Origin: Phoronis australis
Taxonomy: Eukaryota > Animalia > Phoronida
Assembly: GCA_002633005.1 (NCBI GenBank)
Contig: NMRA01000305.1
Coordinates: 280,195 to 344,112, forward strand
Length of the DNA: 63,918 nt
Direction of reading: 5' to 3'
The position numbers were made by a program, and so were the translations under genes. Under the pieces are notes generated by a model. It worked only from the letters and a program-made list of their open reading frames with translations, was not told the origin of the DNA and searched no databases. This document shows positions 1 through 14,556 of this stretch, piece by piece; the first letter of the stretch is position 1; each line of letters opens with the position of its first letter.

Positions 1-369
1 CGCGGCTTTGCGTGATTTTGCATTTCACATTATAAAGAGTTCCATAGCAACTCGAGTATGAGTGTCAGATTTGAGTACGTTTGGAGTCTACTCGAAATAC
101 GACATTAGATACGCTTTTTTGAGTACGACTCCAGTGAGCACGATTTTGAGTTTGAAATCTCGAGTATGAGTATGAGTCTGAGTACGGAGATTGGAGACCG
201 GGCCCTGGACGAGTTGATCAACTGATCATGTAAATTAAGAGCAAATCCAAGTCAGAATCTTGAATGAATACGGGTTGGCGTCAGAATTATTAGGAAAAAC
301 ATATTTTGTAGACTTTTATACATAGGTGCTTTGCCTGATGTGAAAAATGAACCAACCGGTACATTTCAT

Positions 370-525
370 GGAGGTCGCCATTGCATCTCAAACTGAGGCT
401 GAGCATGCGCATTGGTGTAAATAAACCGCCATCATTCGAAAAGTTATATTTACAAGCAGCGGATTACGTCTTCGTTAAAGTTGATATTTATTGTTAACGT
501 GCAATTAAGAAAGTGATCTGGAGCA
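370..525 (+). promoter_or_regulatory. Putative POC1 proximal promoter and 5' UTR
   Basis: NRF1-like GCATGCGCAT near 403-412 overlapping an inverted CCAAT (ATTGG), just upstream of the ATG at 526. Confidence 0.4.
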
Positions 526-3500
526 ATGGTTACTGTTCTTGTAAGTATTGGCTGATGCTGATGGCGTTTTACTGTCACTTGACCGATGTGACTGTGTGGT
601 GCAGTTGTTCTGCAAGCGAAATTCTCGTCAACACACCGTCACCAGTCCAATGCCGAGTCCCGAGTGCTCAAGTCAGATGGCCAGTGAGCTGGCCGAGTTC
701 GTTGACACAATGGTGAACTTTGTGTAGGGCCTTTGGAAAGCAGCCCTGAATTTTAACTATTTATTTGTATAAATTATTTGTTAATCATTGAAAATCAATT
801 TCATCTCACCGAATATTCAAATAGGCAGTGGCGGATCTAGGATATCATGACAATGATAATGGGGACCCAACATTTTGTCTCAGGCAATTGCGCAAAGCAT
901 GATTTCATGCGCGCACCCAGCCTGTAAGATAGGGAGGCTCAAATTACTGGACCTTCTACTAAAAAACAAACAGAGGACTAAAAAAACAAGAAAAGGAACA
1001 AGAAAAGGATTGCACAGCTCGTTTGAGGCGGACACTTGCAATGGGCTTATGGGGTCTGAGGCTCTGATCCCCCCCCTCAGCCGCATATTAATTACCAGGG
1101 TTAATTTATTAATGAAATCAATATTTAATCAAGCTTTTGCTATTTTATTTTTTGCAGCAGCGAAGAGGGCCCACCCCCCCTTAAATCCACCTTTTATACA
1201 ATAGTATTGGGTTTAATTCAGTGGAAACAACTGGTTCTCATCTTTTCTGGACAATGTAGACAGTCATAACTGTCCATACAGCATTGTCAGCTAGTTTTGT
1301 TTAGCACCAAAGATGTTAATACCTAGTCCTATACAATATTAATGTCCTAGCCGCTGCCAAGTGGAGGGATGACATAATGGGGGGGGGGGGCAGCCCAGAG
1401 ATTTTATGACGAGTATATTTATCTGGAAAGTCTTGAACTGGACTCTTGAAGCATGTGCAATTCCACTTTGAAATGGAATTTTCATGTTCAGTCATAACCG
1501 AAGACATCAAGCTCCGATGTCGTTCAACAACCCAGCGTTCGACACGCTTCACAAAGTTTTGATTTAAATTAGTTTTAGTCTCGAAAAGAAGGTGCAAATT
1601 TAGTGCCAGCCTTTTATTCGGTTACTGAGAAGACGCATCCAGTAGCATGCAGAAAAATGGGGGGAAAACATCCAATCGCTATGAATAAACTTTTTGAAAT
1701 TGCGACTGATTTGTAGTTTACTTTTGTTAGTACTAGGTTACATGCATTTGAGCAAACAAAGGAGCATCCAATAAAAAATCACCTCTGGCATGGACAAACC
1801 TCTGCATGTTGCTGGACGCATTCAATCATTTATAGTTTGACAAAGTACTGAATCAATGTCATAGACTGCATTTTAATACCAATGTACAATTTTGCATTTG
1901 AAAATTATTTTGATTAAATTATTTGGAACAAGACTTATTTTGTGTGCTTGCAGTTTTGGCTCTCGGTCACTGTTTACCAAATCCAACAAATAGCATTGCG
2001 CAAATTAATTGCATTTTAAATGACTGAGTGTCAAGTTCGGGACAGGCACCTGTCTCAGATTCATGAAAATAGCCTGGCCTTGCAATAAACACAGTAGATC
2101 CAGTGCTATGCTTCTATAAGGTATGCTTGTGCCAATGAAGATAAAAACAACACATTTTCATTTCTTCTAATGCTTTGTTCTTAAAAAGTCCAAGTGCTCA
2201 GGTAGTTGCTTCTGGGAGACGAGAGTCCGAGATTTTGAGAGCTGTAATTTCATCGGAACTGAATGAAATAACAACCGGGTGTTAACCAGTGATTGGCTGA
2301 TTCTCAAATCAAAAATCAAGGACCACCTAAAGTGACTATTCTGTGAGGCTGCACAGCATCTCAATAGGAGAGATAGTGACAAGGATGTCAATGTGAAACT
2401 GGCTGATGCTAAGGGGCGTAATACACCACAAAGACAGTGTTATCTTAACCCCCCCCCAAGTCAACAATAATCCTAACTACACCAGTGGCCTCCAAGACTT
2501 TAAGATCATTTGATTTGTCGAAGTCTTCATAAGTTTCAGTTTTAACCCCTAACATCACAGGTTGGCACATAGGTTGTTGACATGTCATGTACGATATCCA
2601 TAGATCTGATGTTGAATAAGTTTAGACACTGCAAATGACCAACTTTATATCCTAAATTGACTCGCAGTTCAATGTTGCACACCAGATAATACATTACACG
2701 CTTGTTTTGTTTTTAGGAGGACCCAACTCTGGAGCGCCACTTTAAGGGGCACAGAGACACCGTGACGAGCCTCTGTTTCAACCCGAACATGAAGCAGCTG
2801 GGTGAGTATTGACATCACGAGTGCGCTTAAAGGAACTTAGGGCCGCACCTGTCAGGGCGTAGTCAGCTCGTACGTGCTGCTGGGAATGATGAGTTTGTAT
2901 TTTTGTATTCAATTCATGATTTTTAAGAAACTTTATGTGTAACTATATTAAACTATTCTGGATACTGAGATGTATGGAGTACTTGCCTCACGCTTTATAT
3001 TTGTTGCAGCGTCTGGCGCCATGGATTCTTGTCTAATGATTTGGAACTTCAAGCCACAGATGAGAGCGTACAGATTTGTGGGACACAAGGTAAGGTCTTT
3101 AATTACTGCGACAAAAGCACGAGACTTTCTTATCCGTTATCATCAGTCTATTGAGGAAGTCTTAGCTTAACATTTTAAATTAGAAAACGACTGGGTAATT
3201 GTTTAATTTCCTGTTATGAGGTTGTGACTTTTCACTGACATGAAATGCCAACCAAGGAACTACCAAGTATTTCTGAAAGAGCCCCACCCATAGGGGTTTC
3301 TCTTAGAAACAAGGACCAAAAAGCTCCTTTCGCGCTCTTTTTTCGGTTGTTTTACATTTCTGGTACAGTACAAAGGTATGGGAAATTTGGCAAATGTAAT
3401 TATTTGCTCAAGTTTCTCGATGACTAGTCAATGGAGGCGATTTCTGGTGAGTTTTATAGTTGCCGAACTACTGATGAAGTCAAACCTGTGTAGTGTTAAA

Positions 3501-6500
3501 ATTTAGGTAGAACAAATTACTTCCTCTAATGCCACCACCACGGAGTTGAATTTCCTGATCTCAAGTGCAGTCAATTATTCATGCTTACAGCTCTTTTTTT
3601 AAAGTACACTGCTGAATAAGATACAATACAAGTTTATGAAAGAACCCCGCACCACTTTTTTTCTGAATGAGTCCCCTAAATTTCTCATATTATCCCGCCA
3701 GCATTATTTATATTTATTATTTATATTTATTTATTATTTATATTTCATGCTCTGTCATTTCAGGATGCTGTAATGTCTGTGTGCTTCTCTCCTTCCGGCC
3801 ACCTGGTGGCGTCGGCATCTCGTGATAAGACAGTCCGTCTGTGGATACCCAGTGTGTAAGTGTGTAGGCACCAGTCATTCAAGTGTTCCTATGAAATGTG
3901 TATTGTTTCATACAAGGCTTGGAATTTTCCGCGGATACCCGGATTTCCGCTTTTTTCAAATGTTCTGTCCACGTATTTTGTTATATTTCCGCTTAAAAAA
4001 AATCGGATTTAATATAAAATTTCCGCGGCAAATTTCTTTCTTATCGCGGCGTTGCGGACGACTTTCACCTCGAAAAGCGGAAGTTGCTTTTTATGTTTCG
4101 GAGAAATGTGAATTGTCAACATTGCCGGGGCATCTGGGATAGCATGGTGGATATTTAAATGGCGTCTCGTGTGATTGTAAATCGCAGTGACAAATACTAC
4201 GACTCTGCAGCCAAAAATGTGTGAAGGTGGGAGTGGACGGACGAGCTAAAAAGACGCAGACGCATGCTTCTGGGGGTGGTACCGTGTTTTGTCGGCAAAA
4301 GGTCCACATCGACTATTTTGAGGCTGGGCAACGCGCATGTTTTGGGCCATAAAAGTTTCCGCATTTTTCGTCATTGGTCATTCCAAGCCCTGACTCCAAT
4401 AGTATTCAGACAAAATGACCTGGAGTTCCCCGTCATGGCGGTTGGGCAGACGCCAAATTCATCTTCAGAGTGGTTATCCTTATTGACCGAAAGTCGAGGC
4501 GAATTGACAGGAAGTCTGGTAAAGTGGTTAAGCCATTGTGTAATTATAATTTTGTACCCAACAGTCATTACCAGTCATTTCTGCTGTTAACAGTTATCCA
4601 TCGTGACAAGAAAACGCTATTTTGTTGTGTGCCTGTGTAGATTGTGCTGGTCAAGAGACGCTCCGGAAAGTTCCCTAGATGTACACATCTTGTTATATTT
4701 TCTGTATTTCCAGGAAGGGTGAATCAACTGTGTTCAAGGCCCACACAGCTACAGTCAGACACGTAGACTTCTCTCCTGATGGTCAGTACCTGCTGACCGC
4801 CTCCGATGACAAGACGGTCAAGGTAGGTGGCTAACGCTACCTGGTGTCTGGTGGCTTTCAAGACAGCTTGTAATATCACAATTTATATGGGCTCAAAATG
4901 AAAAGATGTCTTTTGTATTAACTTGCATCAAACGAATTCTTAAAATGCAGGTTTATGCGAGTCTCTTTGCTACGCAAGGTCATGGTTTCCATAGGACTGT
5001 TTTTACACACCTTGGGCTCTTGTTTTTTTTTAAGTATTCTTCTTATTTAACATAAATTATGAAATAATATAAAATGTCACATAATTTACGTCACTGACTT
5101 GCGAAAGTGGTGATGTTTTTAAAAGCCTGATACGTTGTCTATTTTCTAGGTGTGGTCAACGCACAGGCAAAAGTTTCAATTCTCACTGAACCAGCACATG
5201 AACTGGGTGCGATGTGCAAAGTAAGTTATGTGTATTTTTGGCATTATTATGCTGAGCGCTGCTACTGTAATATGGCTTGGGATGTCCTGTTTCACACTAT
5301 GGCAAGTGTGGATTATTTTAATTTAATTTGCCATCCTCGCAAAAAGTCTAGTCGTGGACACTTATTAGTCCTGTCCTTGGACGGGCCCTTTCATCATGTT
5401 AGTTTCGTAATTCATTTCACTTTGAAGTTGTGATTTTTACTTGCCAGTGCTCGCTCAATATAACTAAGAATGTGCACTGTCTAAACAAAATACTGATTGA
5501 CTGATACTTTTAAATCAATGGGTTCTGGCGCTTAACATCATTCGCAGACCACCCACTCTAAAGGATAATTGAATGTGGTGGTCCATTGTCTTTTTAAGGA
5601 TGGTGAACATATCACTATTGCATTGTGTATTGCTTTTGTTTAGTTTCTTCGATTCGGCTTTGTGATTGGCCAAATTTTTTGTCTGGGAATGATGTCTGTG
5701 GCTAGTTCTGTACTTGCATATAGAGGTCACTATAATTCTGTGAGTTGGTTGATTGCACCCTTAGTCCTTTTCCAAGTTTTTAAGAGCATGCAGACTTAAG
5801 AAGTTGGAAAAAATCTTGGCATATACGTTTGATGATCTTCATGAATCTCCTTTTTAGTTCTGTGTTTTACGGTAGGTTGTTGGCATGAGGTCAATGGATC
5901 TGTTGAAGAATTGTAACATGACGCTTTAGGGTTGTTCTCGATATCTTGCAACAAACTTTCATGAAACTGGTCATAGATGGATACAAATAACAAACTTAGT
6001 GATATTCTACCAGTCATGAACTATAAGCATGCAACTATGATTTATTTAAGTGCAGATTTCTTATTCACTTCTCACGTGATTGTCTTGTATGTGTGGTCAG
6101 GTGGTCCCCCGACGCCCGGCTGATTGTGTCTGGTAGCGATGATAAAACTGTCAAGCTGTGGGACAGGACAAGTAAAGATTGTATACACACATTCTTTGAG
6201 CATGGAGGGTAAGTTTGAAATGTCAACTTTTTGGCCGGGATGGATTTAATAAATGACAGGTCAATTCAAACGACATTTTCTTCTCTCACACTTCCTGAAA
6301 CATTTGTTATTCGTGAGGTTATTGGAATTGTGTCTCAAATTTTTCGTATGGCGAAAAAATTTATTTCTGTTAAGTGTGTTTGGCATGTGACAGGACATGT
6401 CAAAACCTATGTTTTCAGGGTTAGCCAACTTTCGCAAAGTTGGCCTGCTCAATCTAATCAGTGGCAGTGGGGTCTTTCAGTTCCTGTTCATCTGCTATTA

Positions 6501-9500
6501 AGGCATGGAAATTTGTCAGTAAGAGGCAATTTTATTATTTTCATGTTTTGGCCATACGTTGACAGGAAATGCTATTTTAAATCAGCATTTTATGCCAAAA
6601 GTATTCAATAACAGTGGTTGGACATAGGCCAATGACATCATCAATTCATCTTCAAAGCAGTGTTGTGTCAGAACTGGGGATAGAGGGGACTTTGGTGTAC
6701 AGTTAGCAGTGCGAAAATGCTGTGTGGTAATTATGACTGCCAGCCATTTCAACTGTAAACTGTTACAGCCATCATNTCAATTAGCCAATCACAAACAGTC
6801 TTTCATGAATACTTGGGACCTTATGCCTTGTCTGAAGCAACCCAGCCTAACTAGGCCCTTTTAAATTATCTGATTGGCCGTTATTTTTGAATTGAGTTTG
6901 ACCTACTTAGGTGAATGCTGGTCAGCCGGATACATCTGGCACTAGCCAGACAGACTGGAATGTTGAGACCCGTATGAGCCTGGGCTTAGCAGAAGCAGGG
7001 TTAAGGCATGGAAATTTGTCAGTAAGAGGCAATTTTATTATTTTCATGTTTTGGCCATACGTTGACAGGAAATGCTATTTTAAATCAGCATTTTATGCCA
7101 AAAGTATTCAATAACAGTGGTTGGACATAGGCCAATGACATCATCAATTCATCTTCAAAGCAGTGTTGTGTCAGAACTGAGGATAGAGGGGAATTTGCTG
7201 TACAGTTAATAGTGTGAAAATGCTGTGCGGTAATTATGACTGCCAGCCATTTCAACTGTAAACTGTATCAGCCATCATGATGGGGAAAACAACATTTAGT
7301 CTTGTTTGTTGTACTCTAACACATATTCAATATGTCTTGCAGGTTCATCAACTGTGTAGCCTTTCACCCCAGTGGTACGTGTATAGCGGCTGCGGGCACA
7401 GACTCCACAGTCAAGGTTTGGGATATCCGTATGAACAAACTGCTACAGCACTACACGGTCCACTCGGCTTCAGTGAACAGTTTGTCCTTCCACGCTAGCG
7501 GCAACTACCTCATCACCTCCTCAGACGATTCAACACTCAAAATACTAGATCTGCTTGAGGGGAGGCTGTTTTATACGTTACATGGTCACCAGGTATGGCA
7601 CTGTTAGTAGTGGTAATTATGTTCAGTTCACGGTTCTGTTTGGTGAAATGGTTATGCATCAGTTTGTACATGGCTCACTAGACAGTATCATAAAGACTTG
7701 TCAGAAGCAGAAGCAGGCTGTTCAGTTTTAGCATGGATTGATTCAAGATTTACAATATGGATTTCCCAGTTTCTGAAGGCATCCTTGACTATTGATGCGT
7801 GACTGCGCTGGGTGTCACTGTGAAAAGATGAGTCTGCAATAAAATTTGCCGTCTTGATATCAGGGCTTGGAATTTTCCGCGGAAACGCAGATTTCCGCTT
7901 TTTTCAAATGTTCTTTCCGCGCATTTTATAATATTTCCGCGTAAAAAAAATCGGATTTGATATAAAATTTCCGCGGCAAATTCCTTTCTTACCGCGGCGT
8001 CTGCAGACGACGTTCACCTCGAAAAGCGGAAGTTGCTCTTATGTTTCGGAGGAACGTAAATTGTCAACATTGCCGGGGCATCTGGGATAGCGTGGTGGGA
8101 TTTTCAATGGCGTCTCGTGATACTGTAAACCGCGGCGACAAATACTACGGCTCTGCAGCCAAAAGTGTGTGGAGTGGGAGTCGACGGGCGACCTAAAAAA
8201 GGACGCAGACGCATGCTACTGATGGTGGTATTCCAAGCCCTGTGATATCTTGACTAACTTTTTATCCTGGAAACTAATAAGGACAATGAGGTCACTGAAC
8301 TGTAGTTAGCTAGTGGTGCACCAACCGCTGCTTACGCTCACTCTTTACTTGGGCTTACATATACCGAACAGGGGCCCAAATACTGAACAAGGCATCCTAG
8401 CTAGGGTGTCTATATTTCAGTCGAGGTGTTCGTTAGCACGCACACTAGGTAGGGACCTGAGAGTCAATTGTGCCAGCAATAAAACTTTTTATCTTTGTCT
8501 TCGACTTGGTAAAACTTACATAAAATCTTGATGAACGACAATGTAGACTACAACTGATAAAAAATCATTTGATCAGTAATATTTTCCGGGAGAAATTTAG
8601 ATGATCTAGGATTGAATCTTTCTATTTGATGATGACGTGCCAAAGTGTCTTCGCAAGACTGTTCATTCTTAGGTGCTGCATTCTGACTTACACTGCTTGT
8701 ATGTTGGTGTCAATGTTTACAATAATGAGAAATATTGAAGAGGTGCTGTACACAGGAAAAAATGTATAAAGGTAAGCTGCTTGTTTTTGTAAGTTATTTT
8801 ATTAAGAAGGGCTTCTACTGCATTACAGGGTCCAGCTACAGCTGTGAGCTTCTCACAGAATGGGGAATATTTCGCCTCAGGGGGATCGGATGAACAGGTA
8901 TGCTTAGGATTACGTAACACTTATCAGATGCGGATGACGTGGTTTTGCAATGGACTGACATAAGCAATAGTTCCTTGCAGGGGTCTCGGATTTTGAGAAC
9001 CAGTTTGATGCCTGTTATTTGATGGAGAAAACTGGTTCTTAAAATGCGGGATCCCTGTAAGTGATTACTGGCATGACGTGCATGAATGTTTCGATGTTGC
9101 AAGATATAACAACAAATTTAGCAGCAGTTTGTTCATACAGTGTGTACGTGTAGTGGTGTGTTGCAACTTTGATGTTTACTTATGATGACATTTTAGTTGG
9201 ATGTTAAACAGGTGTTACGTGGTAGTCTGTGAAGGATGACGCGTACACATTTGTTTTGCTAAATTTGCTTGCGAAGACTGTATATCAGTCATTCTCTCAG
9301 ATGTATGTCAATCATTCTTGTATCCGTCAATCAATCGGTCTCTTATCTGTGACAGGTGTTAGTGTGGAAGTGTAACTTTGACCAGATGGACTACAGTGAG
9401 GTGGCCAAGTCTCACGCTAGCAGGACCCAGGAGGCTGCCGCCCCACCCACCATACATGACATACCGCCCAGGTCTCCATCCAAGTCCCCAGGGAGGGGAT

Positions 9501-12500
9501 ATGTACCCTCTAAGGTAGGCAGTGGTGTGAGCCGAAAGGGACCAGACTCCTATGGTTAACGCGTGTCCTGTGGGTACAAGGACACAAAATTTGTCTGCAT
9601 TGTGTAGGATTTGTATAGCAAGGTGATGCATCATGAAGGCAAAGGTCAACGTTTTTATGCGCCCTCATATTTATATGTGGACGCATTATGCTGTCATCTC
9701 AGTCCGTGCGGGCCATGTCCGTCCGGTGTCCATCCGGCGTCCGCTGCTCGAACTCCAAAACCGTTTGACGAATGTTCATGAAATTTTGCACATTTGTTCC
9801 TTTCGTGGATGGGACAGCATTAGCGAACTTTCAGACGGTTTCGACTACCGGTCTGCCCCCTAGTGGCAATTTTATTTTTTCCGCTTACCTCTATATCTTC
9901 AAAGGTCTTCCGCGTATTTACATAAAATTTGGCATGTATTAGTGAGATGACGCTATCCACCTGTTTTGGATAGGTTCGACGTAATTTGCGCCACCTAGTG
10001 GCCATTTTTTACTGTTTTCGAGTATGTTTTTAGTCGTCCACCCCTCTATCAACCAAACCACTCTAAGGATGATTGTGGAAATTGGCATGTATGTTCTTAC
10101 TATGAAGAGGACGGCTGATGATTTACTGATGATTCGACGACTGTGGTGCCTCCTAATGGCAGTTTTTTTTTTTGCGCCAATGGCTGTATCTCCTAAACCG
10201 TTTCAGAATCTTTACTAAATTTAGTAAGTGCATTTATATGATGTCGACAAAGAATGACAACGACTTTTGGACGGATTTGATTACTGGTGTGCCCCGTGGT
10301 GGCAATTTTATTTTTTTCATGCGAAGCTCTGTATCTTCAAAGGTCCTCAACATGTTTTCAAAACATTTGGCGTACAGGCTTCTGTTAGTGTGATGATGCT
10401 ATCTTTCCGTTTTCAGATGACTTCGACTTAGTTTGCGCCACCTAGTGGCCATTTTTACTGTTTTCGAGTCAGTTTTTTGGCGTCCACCCCTCTATCAACC
10501 AAATCGCTTTCAGGATAATTGTGAAAATTGGCATGTATGTTTTTACTATGAAGTGGACGGCTGACGATGATTTTCTGCTGACTTCAGCTACTGTGGCGCC
10601 TCCTAGTGGCAGTTTCATTTTTTGCGCCCATGGCTGCACTGACTTTGTAGCATGTTGAGCCGATAACACTCGAGCCTCGAGGTTTTTTCGCATGCAGTAT
10701 GGTGGTACGTGTTCACAGACACTTGCAATGAATGAATATTCAAAACTGTTTTGAATGGTTAAGAAAATATCGTCTGGTGCAAAACATTGCCCAGTGCAGA
10801 TTCATCAACACTATTTTTTCAGAAATGTTTTAGTGTTAAGGAATGAGGTGTACATTGGGCATGTATTAGTATCAGTAAGGACCTTTTCTATTGATTAATA
10901 GGATCATTTCAGTAAGCGTGTTGTTCCTCAACTAAACACCTTAAATTGTTCTGAAAATTGGAGATCAAATTACTACGTGTATTTTAGAAACTGTTTATGA
11001 GGCTATTAAGTAGGAAATGTACCCATGCCCGTACCCAGTGTGGGCTCAAATGAGTCCCTCATTTGGCAAAAAGGTCCTCCTGAAAGAAACCAAAAGTCCA
11101 AGACAAAAATCCACTAAAAAGGCATTGAATTCTGCAAAAGCACAATTCATAGCTCTGATCGCTGAACGAACCCGTTTTTTTTTTTTTTTTTAGTTAGTGA
11201 AACGTCCACTGAGAAAAATTGGAGTCCCTTAAATTTGGTCTGTATGCAATAATCTGCAAATTTACTGAAAAATTGGCGAAACTGGTTTCATAGTACTCCA
11301 ATGAAGTTTTGATGGTACACAGGTCTGCTATTGTTACAGGACAAGATGTCGGTGAATTTGCTGAGGTCTTTTGTATTTTGACAGGAATTCCACGCCAGTC
11401 GAGAGCTAAGAAATATGAAGGATGTGCCACCAGGGGTCACTGACGTTGGACCTGCTCTGTTTTCACACCCATACGTATGCTATACACTGAATTAATTACT
11501 CACTGAAATCTTGTCATAAGGCACACACACACAGACATACATGCATAGGTTCAAGCGTGCACATAAAGTGACTGTAAATCTACTTCTGGTTTCAATCTCG
11601 TACCACTGTAAAATGGGTCTCAACTTGTTCTTTACTCAGATAAGGAATGATTTCTGGTGCAGGGACAAACAGACTGGTAATCCTTGAGACCGTGCACAGC
11701 ACATCAAATGATTCACCATGGTGATCCAATGTATCACGTTTAATCTCGAGCAATAATGAAGCATCGGTTTTTCCCAATCCCAAGCTAAGCAAGGAACCAG
11801 TATAATCCATATTTATAACGAAGAGTACCCAAAATTAATTTTTTTTAAGCGAAGGCGGGTTTATAAAAGCCGTAAAAGTGGTAATTGTGCGTTTTTAACC
11901 TTTGAGGTAACCAATCATCTAAACTGCCTTGGATTAGAACTCTCCGTATGTTGTTTTAAATGTTTATTGATATCCGTTGAGTTGCAGATTAAGCCAGAAA
12001 TATTTGATGGCCACAGAAGCACAATGCTCGCATGTCAGTAGGGTCAAAGTCTTGTGACAGTGTTTTTTTCCTAGAAATGATTTTTGGTAAAGATTGCCCT
12101 GACTTTCATGAACGCTTACATCTTCTCGGGAAATCATTCCTTGTCTGTATTCTTTTAGTTGCGGAAGTATTGTGGGATTTAGCTGCATTTACTTTTTAGT
12201 ATGAGAACTCATCCGTCAAGACTTCTGAACTTTGCACTGAATGCCATTCGAATATAATGTTTGCCAGTATAACTAAAATCCATTTAAGCTCCTGACTTGA
12301 GAAATATTGTGGATATGTCCTTAAAGTACATTCACTTGCCTGACTTAATGTATTAACATTGATAAAAGATACGTTTAAATCTGCTTTTCGCTCAGTTAAG
12401 GTGGCTCGAAAATTGATAAATTATTCTTAAATATATATTCCTTAAAAAAAATAATTGCAGGCGGTCTGATACGCGTTGTACCAGACGTGCGCAGGCCTCG

Positions 12501-14079
12501 CATGTGGGCCCATTGCACTGATCACCTGGAAATATTTTTATGCTTTATTAATATATGGTTAAAACCGAGCTGAGGAGCTAGAAACCTGGCTCAAGGGTTT
12601 AGCAGTGTCACCTGGTGGGACTTGAATCCATGACCTCGAGTAAAGAAAGCGGGCACTTATCAACCTGGCCACACTGCCTCCTCACTCTGATAGTATTTTA
12701 TTCTGGTTACCAACAAGAACTTCGAAGCTATCAGTGACTCGAGAAAACGATTCAGGGTTAACAGGGGTTGGGCAACTCTAAAATTGCAGATTTGAAAATT
12801 GTACTTTTCCTGGAATTAGAGATGCCAGCTCATTTGGCAATAATTCAAGTTTGGATGTGCGTGGTTAAGAATAAAACAAAGATTGACAGCCCAACTTGGG
12901 CACAATGTATTACAGTTTTGGCTGTCATAATCTTATTGTTGTATCTTTGATCTACGCAGGAGTCTTCCAGTCACACGGGTCTCAGTGACCTTGGCTTGAC
13001 CTCCGGAGCCCAAGCCGCGCGCTCGGCCATTTCTAGAGGTGCCGCAGCAGCTCCTTCTATGGAGAGCCGCACCCCAGGCACTCAGCCTCTAGAAGTGAAG
13101 CAGATTCCCCCACAACTGGCTGATACATTGGAACATATTGTAGGTCAACTGGATGTCATTACTCAGGTAGGGCTAAAGAAAGGGTTGGGAGTCACTGGAC
13201 AATTAGCGTTGTCATGGTAACACGATTAATAGATTTTAGAAGACATCGACAAATGTCATCACAATTAGTCTCTGATCGAAGTTATGGAAAAAACCACAAG
13301 GAAATTGAGTTGAAAAAAATTTGTTTCAAGATAAGTCGAACAGGTTTTCCAAAAGAAAGATTTCATTGTTTTTTGAAAACTGCAGTAATGTGATTCAGAG
13401 TGTTGAATTTTGAAAACTAAATATGTTTATTGGGTAAATGTTTTGGCTGCATAATTGGTGTGCTTTCTGTTAAAACTGTTTTCTTAAAGCTCGACATGTT
13501 TCTATTTTGTGCCTATTAGCTGCTATCGATATAGTTTGACTCTTAACACAGCTATAAACTGGCCTTCTGCTACAAAAAAAGCCTTTGAATTACACCACTT
13601 GCCGTCATGAAATTGGCTTCAAGTTGTTCCTTAATCAAATGGGAGGGGATTTTAAGTCTTCGAAATAACTGAGAATTCGCTATCGTTCAAGACCAGGTTC
13701 TACACGTTACATTTTCACAGCATTTCATTTTACATGCCAAGCATAATCTCAACGAATAACGAACTTTCGGTTCTTAGCAAAGCCAAAAATGAATTCTCAT
13801 CTCAGTAAAGAACATGAAACCAGTGTTATAGCTGTAAGTGGCCTTAATGAAAAGTTCGCTTCTTGGCTGAAAAAGAGGTTTGTTGCTACTTTAACAGGGC
13901 TCTTCGTTAGATTTGGAGATCGCTGTTGGTGGTTTATGTATCCCCGTGTATGTATTATGTCCTGTGTATTTCAGACTGTGTCCATCTTGGAGCAGCGTCT
14001 GACAATGACGGAGAACAAGCTGAGGGAGTGTTTGGACAATCAGCAGAAGATCACGCTCCAAGTGCGACCAACTGATTAA
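526..14079 (+). CDS. POC1: POC1 centriolar protein (WD40 repeats plus C-terminal coiled coil), about 479 aa, 13 coding exons
   Basis: Phase-consistent GT-AG exons: 526-540, 2717-2801, 3010-3089, 3764-3855, 4714-4822, 5150-5220, 6101-6208, 7343-7592, 8829-8897, 9356-9514, 11385-11474 (least certain, phase 0-0), 12960-13166, 13975-14079. Translation [60 protein letters not shown]...[20 protein letters not shown]...[29 protein letters not shown] matches POC1A/POC1B as I recall them. Confidence 0.95.
3913..4392. mobile_element. MITE with CAGGGCTTGGAAT terminal inverted repeats
   Basis: CAAGGCTTGGAAT...ATTCCAAGCCCTG; internal sequence closely similar to 7861-8242. Confidence 0.75.
6498..7278. repeat. 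278-bp direct duplication (6498-6775 and 7001-7278)
   Basis: Near-identical copies with a few substitutions; an N at 6776 immediately follows the first copy. Confidence 0.9.
7861..8242. mobile_element. MITE with CAGGGCTTGGAAT terminal inverted repeats
   Basis: Perfect 13-bp TIRs; TGATAT on both flanks (apparent 6-bp TSD). Confidence 0.8.
8977..9058. repeat. About 80-bp palindromic dispersed repeat; second copy near 23977-24041
   Basis: TTTTGAGAACCAGTTT...AAACTGGTTCTTAAAA hairpin arms, present twice. Confidence 0.6.
9652..10640 (+). mobile_element. HINE-like (Helentron-associated) non-autonomous element, 3'-truncated
   Basis: 5' TTTTATGCGCCC...GACGCAT inverted repeat, GTCC-type microsatellite remnant, internal tandem monomers of about 130-160 bp; homologous to 21132-22536 and 41319-42823. 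Confidence 0.7.
12451..12683 (-). mobile_element. tRNA-derived SINE, family A
   Basis: Reverse complement of 15124-15345, including A/B-box-like head and GACCGCCTGCAATTAT tail. Confidence 0.75.
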
Positions 14080-14556
14080 ACACCAGGGGGAGTCACGTGA
14101 AGAATGCCACTGCAGCGCATTGTGTATGTCATACGCTGCACCATGAGCTCGGCACGGGACCTAAGACCACTCATGTTAGCTCAAAACTGTACTGAAAATT
14201 GACCCATAACATGGCATGCTTTGAAAAAAGACGAATTTCGTGCAATGTTAGTGGTCACTCAGTTGTGGCAAGTCTAAAGTGCAGTAAAATTTTGCCAAAT
14301 TCAAAAAAATTATAGTTTTATAGTTTCCCAATTTGATTTTTTCCCTTTTGAAAATCTTTTAACATCATTGTAAATGACCACAATTTCTAAAAACCTAGTT
14401 TGGTTGTAGCTTTGGTGTAGAACGCAAGAATGACAAAATATTTATTTGGTGCTACTTTTATGAAAGAATAGTTTAATTATGGTAAAATTTCCATAAATTC
14501 AAACAGAAATGTTTGCCAAAATTATCATTTTCCATGATCCCACCGTATTGCAAAAA

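Noticed and set aside
6498-7278. 278-bp duplication as a biological event
   Set aside because: The first copy ends exactly at an N (6776) and the copies differ by a few substitutions, which fits uncollapsed haplotypes at a contig join; unproven without reads.
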